Shown here in pieces: positions 57,836 through 64,000 of a DNA stretch of 64,000 nucleotides. Made by a program: the position numbers and the translations under genes. The DNA comes from a bacterium. GTDB lineage: Bacteria > Patescibacteriota > Patescibacteriia > UBA10025. The stretch spans positions 154,910-218,909 of the forward strand of contig JAKAGM010000001.1 of the NCBI GenBank assembly GCA_021815445.1. Direction: 5' to 3'. The notes under the pieces were generated by a model. It did no database searches. It worked only from the letters and a program-made list of their open reading frames with translations, and was not told the origin of the DNA. The number at the start of each line of letters is the position of its first letter. Positions within the stretch are counted from its first letter, which is position 1.

Positions 57836-58483
57836 ATGAACAATATATTTTCCCGAGTGCTTTCAGTAGCTATGATCATTACATTTGGTCTGCTCATATT
57901 GATGTTCCTTTTCCGCGGGGCGAGTACGTCTCCCCTCTATTTGATTATGGCGTTATTTATGATTATACTCGGCGCCGCACTTCTCAAATTATACTGGCCT
58001 CGTATTGCCGGAAAAAAAACAGCTTCTTCCGATCAACCCGTTTTTATGGTTTCGCGCAGTGTGTACGTTATTATGATTATTACTCTTGTGGTGTCCTTCC
58101 TCTTTGAGGGGTATACATATCTACCTGGCTGGTCATCTCAGCATTCTATGGAAAATGCTTTACTCACAATTACATTTATCGGTATTATTGTAGCGCTATA
58201 CCTGCTCACCTTTTTCAGCAAATCTATCCGCGGGAAATATACTTTCATTGAACTGCTGACTATGAAGGCACGCGATGAACGCGAACAGCACATTATCAAT
58301 ACCGTTGCGCGCAGTACATATGCGTTTATCAGGGTTCTTGCCATCGTTGTCGCCTTGCTCTTTTTTGGACTACAGCTTTCCGGTGTGTCGTTTTCCGCTT
58401 TTTCAATCGGGTACATTCTGCTTCTCTTCATTTTTGTTGCGCATGGGTACTTTATGATTCTGCTCAGACAAAAGGTTGAATAG
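57836..58483 (+). CDS. Membrane protein (DUF2178-like), partner of the Xre regulator
   Basis: Six TMs, DERE motif. Confidence 0.7.
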   Translation: MNNIFSRVLSVAMIITFGLLILMFLFRGASTSPLYLIMALFMIILGAALLKLYWPRIAGKKTASSDQPVFMVSRSVYVIMIITLVVSFLFEGYTYLPGWSSQHSMENALLTITFIGIIVALYLLTFFSKSIRGKYTFIELLTMKARDEREQHIINTVARSTYAFIRVLAIVVALLFFGLQLSGVSFSAFSIGYILLLFIFVAHGYFMILLRQKVE

Positions 58484-58504
58484 CCCTGTTTCACAAGGAG
58501 CTTC

Positions 58505-58723
58505 ATGAAACTCTTTATTACCGCAAAAGCCGGCGCGCGGGAAGAAAAGGTTGAAAAAATAGACGAAACGCATTACCGCGTGTGGGTGAAAGAGCCGCCT
58601 GAGAAGGGGAGGGCGAATAAGGCTATTGAAAAGGCAATAGCCGAGTTTTTGGATATCCCAAAATCGCGAGTCGCTCTTGTTTCTGGAGCAACGTCGAAAC
58701 GGAAAGTGGTTGAAGCGGCATGA
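58505..58723 (+). CDS. DUF167 (YggU/UPF0235) protein
   Basis: VKEPPEKGRAN...SGATSKRK. Confidence 0.9.
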   Translation: MKLFITAKAGAREEKVEKIDETHYRVWVKEPPEKGRANKAIEKAIAEFLDIPKSRVALVSGATSKRKVVEAA

Positions 58724-58736
58724 AGTGTTTAATAAC

Positions 58737-58846
58737 TCACCGTTCTGAGCGAACGCAGTGAGCGAAGAATCCCGCGTTATTGACTTCAAATCGTAGATCT
58801 TCGGGATCCTTCGTTCCCGAGCTAAGCCGGTCACTCAGGGTGGTGA
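58737..58846. repeat. REP/MITE-like imperfect inverted-repeat element
   Basis: TCACCGTTCTGAGCGA...CGAAGAATCCCG pairs with CGGGATCCTTCG...TCACTCAGGGTGGTGA. Confidence 0.65.
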
Positions 58847-58927
58847 ATGCATGAGGGATTTAATCAATAAAAAGAGGGACCCTATGATAGTCGGGTCCCC
58901 GAAGCTTCGCGTTGTGACAGTGGCGAA

Positions 58928-59161
58928 TCAGGCAGTTGCCAATTCAAGATCGATCGGCGCATTGAGATGCGGTCCCTCCGACATATGCCACGCCGGGTCA
59001 CCTTGCTTCCGCGCGAGAGCGAGAGGAGGATCCTTCAGCCAGACAACCTCCTCAGTACCTGTCTGGAGCCGGTGAACGTTCAGGGCGCAATCGACTTCGG
59101 CGGGGATCTGAATTCCACCGACGGTAACAATAACAGTGTTGCCTTCATGGAGCGTACACAT
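58928..59161 (-). CDS. Small hypothetical protein
   Basis: Promoter TTGACT-17-TACGAT upstream on minus strand; GGGACCC/GGGTCCC terminator-like hairpin at about 58870-58900. Confidence 0.5.
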   Translation of the reverse strand: MCTLHEGNTVIVTVGGIQIPAEVDCALNVHRLQTGTEEVVWLKDPPLALARKQGDPAWHMSEGPHLNAPIDLELATA

Positions 59162-59386
59162 GCATGCCCTTTCGTTTGGGTGTGTATTTTGGTTACTTCA
59201 ATCGTAGTAAAGAATTTCAATATAGTCAACATACTTCAATGTAGCGAGGACCATGTATCTCAAGGCAGCCGATTCCGTTGGATGAAGACAAAAGCACCCT
59301 TGCCATAGTAACTCGTTTCTGCTACACTTTTTGTACCAAAAATCGCCCGAAAGGGAATTATTTTTTTATAGAGATTGCCTTGAAAT

Positions 59387-61180
59387 ATGGAGATTAGGAA
59401 CATAGCTATTATCGCCCACGTTGACCACGGCAAAACCACGCTCACTGATGCCATTATGCGGCAGACGGGTATGGTCACCGAAGAGGGCGCAACCATGGAT
59501 TCAAACACGCTTGAAAAAGAGCGGGGGATTACCATTTATTCAAAAAATACCTCCGTCTTTTATCGCGACACGAAAATCAATATCGTCGATACGCCCGGGC
59601 ACGCCGATTTCGGCTCCGAGGTTGAGCGCGTACTCCGTTCGATTGACAGTGTTCTTCTCGTTGTCGATGCGCAAGAGGGACCGATGCCCCAGACGCGATT
59701 TGTTCTGAAAAAATCGCTCGAACTCGGGATAAAACCCATAGTTGTTATTAATAAGATTGATAAGCCGGCCGCGGATCCTGACATGGCACAGGAAGAGGTG
59801 TATGAACTCTTCCTCGATCTTGGTGCAACGGATGAGCAGCTTGATTTCACCACGGTCTACACTATTGGCCGTGAAGGTACTGCTAAGCTGAATCTCACTG
59901 ATGAGTCACACGATCTGGAGCCGCTTTTGGACACCATTTTGCTCAAAGTCCAGCCTGCTAAAGCGAATACTGACGTGCTTTTCCGTTTTCAACCTTTTAA
60001 CCTCGGGTATGACAACTATCTCGGCAGGCTTGCTGTCGGCCGCGTGTACGAGGGCAAGGTCCAGGCGGGCAGTATGCTCGTCCTCAAGAAGAGCGGCGGA
60101 GGCACGGAGACCAACCGCGTAACCAAGCTTTTCACCTTCAAAGGACTGCAACGTATTGAAGTCGCCGAGGCTGTCGCAGGAGACATTGTCATGATCGCCG
60201 GTTTTCCCACGATAGACATCGGCGAAACGCTCTGCGAAAACGCTGACCAGGAAGCGCTTCCCGCTATCTCGGTGGACGAGCCGACCATTTCACTTAACTT
60301 CCTCGTCAACAGCTCCCCGTTTTCAGGCAAAGAAGGCACGTACGTCACTAACACCCAGCTTCGTGAACGTCTCAGGAAAGAACTCGAAGTCAACGTCGGG
60401 CTCAAGATAGATTTCCTCCCGGAAGCTGCAAAGGTGTACGGACGGGGAGAGCTTCATATCGCCATTCTTATTGAAAATATGCGCAGGGAAGGATATGAGT
60501 TACAGGTGTCGAAACCTCACGTAATTATCAAGAACATTGACGGCGTGAAGTCCGAGCCGTACGAAGAAGCTACTGTCGACGTCCCTGAAAAGCTTGCGGG
60601 CCCGGTCATTGAAAAGATGGGGAGACGGAAAGGGCTGATGTCCAAGATGGAAAACGTTGCCGGACATGCCCGGATGATTTTCGAAGTCCCCACGCGCGGC
60701 TTGCTCGGGTATCGCGGAGAGTTCATTATCGACACACAGGGAGAAGGAATCCTATACTCGCGCGTGATCGGATATCGGCCTTTTGCCGGAGAGATCAAAA
60801 AGCGCGACACGGGATCGATGATCTCCATGGTATCAGGCAAGGCGCTCGGATTCTCTTTGGCCAACTTGCAGGATCGAGGGACGCTGTATATCGGTCCGGC
60901 AACCGAGGTATACGAAGGTATGGTTATCGGCAATGCCGCGAAGGGATTTGACATGGCCGTAAATCCGATTAAGGGGAAGCGTCTGACTAACATGCGCGCT
61001 TCCGGAACCGACGAGGCTATCCAGCTGACGCCGCCGGTTCCGTTGACGATTGAGAGCGGGCTCGAGATTATGGCCGAAGACGAGTATCTGGAAATAACCC
61101 CAAAGAGCGTCCGCCTAAGGAAACAGCTGCTTACCGAAGTCGAACGGAGACGCGCGGGCAAGGAGGCGCTCGTAGACTAA
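59387..61180 (+). CDS. typA: Translational GTPase TypA/BipA
   Basis: [38 protein letters not shown]. Confidence 0.97.
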   Translation: MEIRNIAIIAHVDHGKTTLTDAIMRQTGMVTEEGATMDSNTLEKERGITIYSKNTSVFYRDTKINIVDTPGHADFGSEVERVLRSIDSVLLVVDAQEGPMPQTRFVLKKSLELGIKPIVVINKIDKPAADPDMAQEEVYELFLDLGATDEQLDFTTVYTIGREGTAKLNLTDESHDLEPLLDTILLKVQPAKANTDVLFRFQPFNLGYDNYLGRLAVGRVYEGKVQAGSMLVLKKSGGGTETNRVTKLFTFKGLQRIEVAEAVAGDIVMIAGFPTIDIGETLCENADQEALPAISVDEPTISLNFLVNSSPFSGKEGTYVTNTQLRERLRKELEVNVGLKIDFLPEAAKVYGRGELHIAILIENMRREGYELQVSKPHVIIKNIDGVKSEPYEEATVDVPEKLAGPVIEKMGRRKGLMSKMENVAGHARMIFEVPTRGLLGYRGEFIIDTQGEGILYSRVIGYRPFAGEIKKRDTGSMISMVSGKALGFSLANLQDRGTLYIGPATEVYEGMVIGNAAKGFDMAVNPIKGKRLTNMRASGTDEAIQLTPPVPLTIESGLEIMAEDEYLEITPKSVRLRKQLLTEVERRRAGKEALVD

Positions 61181-61336
61181 GCACGCAGTTTCTTTCAGTT
61201 TTCAAGAAGGATTGCGTGCAATCTCAAGACGCGTTACATGTAGCTAGGTCGGTCTGCTCATCCTTGATATTCCCGGCGCTGTAAATATGGGGACGGGGCC
61301 TTTTTATGACCCATTTTACCGTCCAAAGGCGGGGGA

Positions 61337-61365
61337 TTGACAAGAGAAGGTGTATCAGGTATACT
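61337..61365 (+). promoter_or_regulatory. Sigma70 promoter of the RRM gene
   Basis: TTGACA-17 nt-TATACT. Confidence 0.75.
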
Positions 61366-61373
61366 CTTCCACA

Positions 61374-61497
61374 GTAAGGTTCTCAGCACGTTTCTTTCCG
61401 CTTCCTTGGCCCTGTGTTTTACGCAGGGAAGTAAGGATGCCATAAGACCATATAAGGCTTTATGTTGAGAAGAGCGGGTGAGAAGAGGTCGTCTTAC
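61374..61497 (+). promoter_or_regulatory. Structured 5' leader of the RRM gene
   Basis: GTAAG/CTTAC, TTCTCA/TGAGAA, CCCTGTGT/ACGCAGGG and CATAA/TTATG nested stems. Confidence 0.5.
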
Positions 61498-61529
61498 GTA
61501 TTAACTCAACCAATCAATCAGTAAGTATT

Positions 61530-61856
61530 ATGGCAAAGAAGCTTTATATCGGTGGTCTTTCGTACAGCACCACCGAGGATGGTCTCAAAGAAGCATTTGC
61601 ACAGGCAGGGAACGTAGTGTCAGCGGCAATTATTATGGACAGAATGACGGGCCGCTCGCGAGGTTTCGGCTTTGTGGAGATGGGGACCGACGAGGAAGCT
61701 GAGAAAGCTATCGAGATGTGGAACGGCAAAGAACTCGATGGCCGCACACTGACCGTCAATGAGGCTCGCCCGATGGAGAATCGCCCGCAAAGAAGCGGTG
61801 GATTCAATCGTGGCGGTGACCGTGGCGGATTCGGCGGCGGAAGAGGCAAGTGGTAA
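61530..61856 (+). CDS. RRM (RNP-1) RNA-binding protein with Gly-rich tail
   Basis: KLYIGGL (RNP2), RGFGFVEM (RNP1), RGG tail. Confidence 0.95.
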   Translation: MAKKLYIGGLSYSTTEDGLKEAFAQAGNVVSAAIIMDRMTGRSRGFGFVEMGTDEEAEKAIEMWNGKELDGRTLTVNEARPMENRPQRSGGFNRGGDRGGFGGGRGKW

Positions 61857-61875
61857 ACTTCCCCCAATCACCAAT

Positions 61876-61905
61876 AAACACCCCGTCTCATTGACGGGGT
61901 GTTTT
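61876..61905 (+). terminator. Intrinsic terminator, probably bidirectional
   Basis: AAACACCCCGTC...GACGGGGTGTTT. Confidence 0.8.
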
Positions 61906-61943
61906 GTATTCTTGCAATGACTTTGCAGCAGAACCAACGCTTG

Positions 61944-63929
61944 CTACTGGATCACTTTGAGATTCGGTTCGATACAGTCGCCCGTGCAAAGCTGCACCTC
62001 GCCCTGCGGATCCAGGGTATCAAGAGAATTAATTTTTATTTTATTCTCTGATATGGTGTACAGACTCCTACCTATGTATAGGATCCGTTGTATTGAATTG
62101 CCGTCGCCGTAATAGTTGTATCCGCTCTTTTTAAACGCGTCATCGATGACATAGTGGGTGATCCTGCCTTTTTCGACAAATCCACCGTCCAACGTAAGGT
62201 TGTAGACAAACGCGCCTTGGTACGTGAATTCACCATACGTGGTAGGGGCCGTCGTAAGTTGTTTCTGTTCAGAGCTAATCTCCGCCAGGAGGACGGGAAT
62301 AACGAGTATGTTTTTGCTCTTATCGAAAAGGAATGCCTTGTGGTCGTGCAAGGCATAGGAGTCAGTCCCTCTGTCGCCGATCGATGTTGTGAACATTTGT
62401 TGGGGGTTCGTCACGTCAGTCACGTCAAACAGCGCGAGCTTCATGCCCTGGTACCAGGAAAAATTCCCCTCCTCGGAGGGTATGGCCTCTTTGCCGAGGC
62501 CGATGATATGGTTCTCGTCATAGGGGTGGAGGTAATCGGAAAAGCCGGGGATTTTGAGCTTGCCGAGCAAAATCGGCTCCCGCGGATCGCTGAGTCCGAT
62601 CACAAAAAGGGGATCGACTTTTTGGAATGTGACGAGGTAGACCCTGTCACCCACGAATCGCGCCGAATATATCTGTTCTCCTGGGGCGAGTTCGTCTATT
62701 TTACCAGTCCGATCGAGGTTTTTATCGAAAACATAGACACCGCTTGACGGTTGCTGTCCGGGAAGAAATGTCCGAGAAACGTGGCCGCGGGTGGTCGCGA
62801 TGCGAAAGTAGCCGTTGTTCTCATCCATTGAGAACTGGTTGAGCACGTTACCGGGGGCTTCAAGATTTCCTCGGTAGGATACGGTCCCGTTTTTTAGGTC
62901 GAAGACGTGAACCGTGGTTGTCTCTTGTCCTGTAACGTCAGTGACATCCCCGAGCCACCAGTTGCCCGAATTCTTGGTTGCCGCAACATATAGCGCTTGG
63001 TCGGACGCGTATACATTTTGGCCTGACCCGAGAATAGTCTCCTTATGCAGGTCACTTGGATTTTTAGCAAGGTCAAACGATGCTACAGTGACGAATTGTT
63101 CGGCAACGACGTCGGGAAAGTAGGCAATATCAGCACATCCAGCAACCGGGTGGAATGCTTGAGAGGTTTCGCTTCCTTCCATGACTCGGTACAGGGGGAC
63201 AATCTCATCAGGCGGTGCGTTGGTATCGAGGATGGTGTAATCGGGATAGGAGTTTACCACAATATACACCTGCGACCCGATCTTGCGGGATGTAAGATAA
63301 CTGCCCTCGAGCTCCATGGTTCTCACAAGAGCCGGGCGTGTTGTGTCGCTGATGTCAAAAATCTGGATAGCGGTGAATGAACGCGAGAGATTTGATCGAA
63401 GAATTGCTGCAGTGTCGCCCTGTTCCTTAAGGATCTGCGGTGTGCTTGTCCCGAAGACGACGGCAGTCTTGTCCCCGATAAAAAGTTCCTGCGGGGTAAT
63501 TGAAAGCACGGTTTGGCTTGCCAGCGTAGCCTGGTCTGCGGGGTATGCTTTGATGATAGAAAGTTTACCGTGGGAAATTGTATAGATATATTTCCCGTCG
63601 GTTTTCACTATATCCGCTTCGTCTACCCCCGTGACCTGCACATTTGTCGCGGAATATCCGGGTGCCGCGCTATCAGCTGAGGTCGAAGCTTGAGGAGTGG
63701 GCAAGGCAATTTTTTCCTCGAGAATAAATCTGTTATTCGTCTTCTGAGCTTCTTTGAGAGCATCTTGTAGGGCAGAACACGAAGCGAACATGGGAAGACT
63801 TTGTGATGACCGAATGAGCGGGGAAGGGGCTGGATCGACCGTGAGGTAATAAAGAAGCATCAAAAATCCGACAGCTAAAAACGCCACTATTGCGAAGGGT
63901 GCCGTAAGTGCGCTTATACTTTTTTTCAT
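61944..63929 (-). CDS. Beta-propeller domain protein (Beta_propel family), membrane-anchored
   Basis: YSATNVQVTGVDEADIVKTDG, LNQFSMDE, GEQIYSARF, VDPLFVI, LKIPGFSDYLHP. Confidence 0.9.
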   Translation of the reverse strand: MKKSISALTAPFAIVAFLAVGFLMLLYYLTVDPAPSPLIRSSQSLPMFASCSALQDALKEAQKTNNRFILEEKIALPTPQASTSADSAAPGYSATNVQVTGVDEADIVKTDGKYIYTISHGKLSIIKAYPADQATLASQTVLSITPQELFIGDKTAVVFGTSTPQILKEQGDTAAILRSNLSRSFTAIQIFDISDTTRPALVRTMELEGSYLTSRKIGSQVYIVVNSYPDYTILDTNAPPDEIVPLYRVMEGSETSQAFHPVAGCADIAYFPDVVAEQFVTVASFDLAKNPSDLHKETILGSGQNVYASDQALYVAATKNSGNWWLGDVTDVTGQETTTVHVFDLKNGTVSYRGNLEAPGNVLNQFSMDENNGYFRIATTRGHVSRTFLPGQQPSSGVYVFDKNLDRTGKIDELAPGEQIYSARFVGDRVYLVTFQKVDPLFVIGLSDPREPILLGKLKIPGFSDYLHPYDENHIIGLGKEAIPSEEGNFSWYQGMKLALFDVTDVTNPQQMFTTSIGDRGTDSYALHDHKAFLFDKSKNILVIPVLLAEISSEQKQLTTAPTTYGEFTYQGAFVYNLTLDGGFVEKGRITHYVIDDAFKKSGYNYYGDGNSIQRILYIGRSLYTISENKIKINSLDTLDPQGEVQLCTGDCIEPNLKVIQ

Positions 63930-64000
63930 CGGAGTTGTTTCTTAAGAGAGGTGTTCAGTATATCCCACCCCTTGGAGTCTGCCAAGCGCTCTAACAACTT

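Overview
A 64 kb chromosomal segment from a small-genome bacterium using genetic code 11. It is most likely a Patescibacteria/CPR organism; this is inferred from gene content and order (dnaE followed by a membrane-anchored baseplate-J-like gene, tandem DUF3048 genes, short EF-Ts, DUF5667 anti-sigma, group-3b-like hydrogenase with DUF6390) and from many leaderless or SD-less starts. Housekeeping genes (dnaE, rodA, rplY, prmC-prfA-rpmE, rpsB-tsf, rpmG, ftsEX, typA, seven intact tRNAs) are interspersed with accessory genes. Main observations: (1) a nested tRNA-Thr(GGT) locus, where a CCA-bearing copy is broken by three hairpin insertions and one insertion holds a complete, identical, precisely trimmed copy of the same tRNA; (2) a 24-bp 3'-end duplication of tRNA-Tyr around a structured mini-element; (3) a class of accessory genes sharing a strong AGGAGG Shine-Dalgarno and a boxA-like leader motif that most core genes lack, including an M23 peptidase with an FCB-type T9SS sorting domain and a LeuB plus fused LeuD-LeuC pair; (4) a minimal NiFe hydrogenase module; (5) an ECF sigma/anti-sigma pair with the same promoter-like motif repeated inside the anti-sigma gene; (6) several candidate structured RNAs and an unannotated 22-aa Lys/Arg-rich peptide. 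No CRISPR array, integrase or transposase was seen. All family calls come from motif recognition by eye; no database searches were run.
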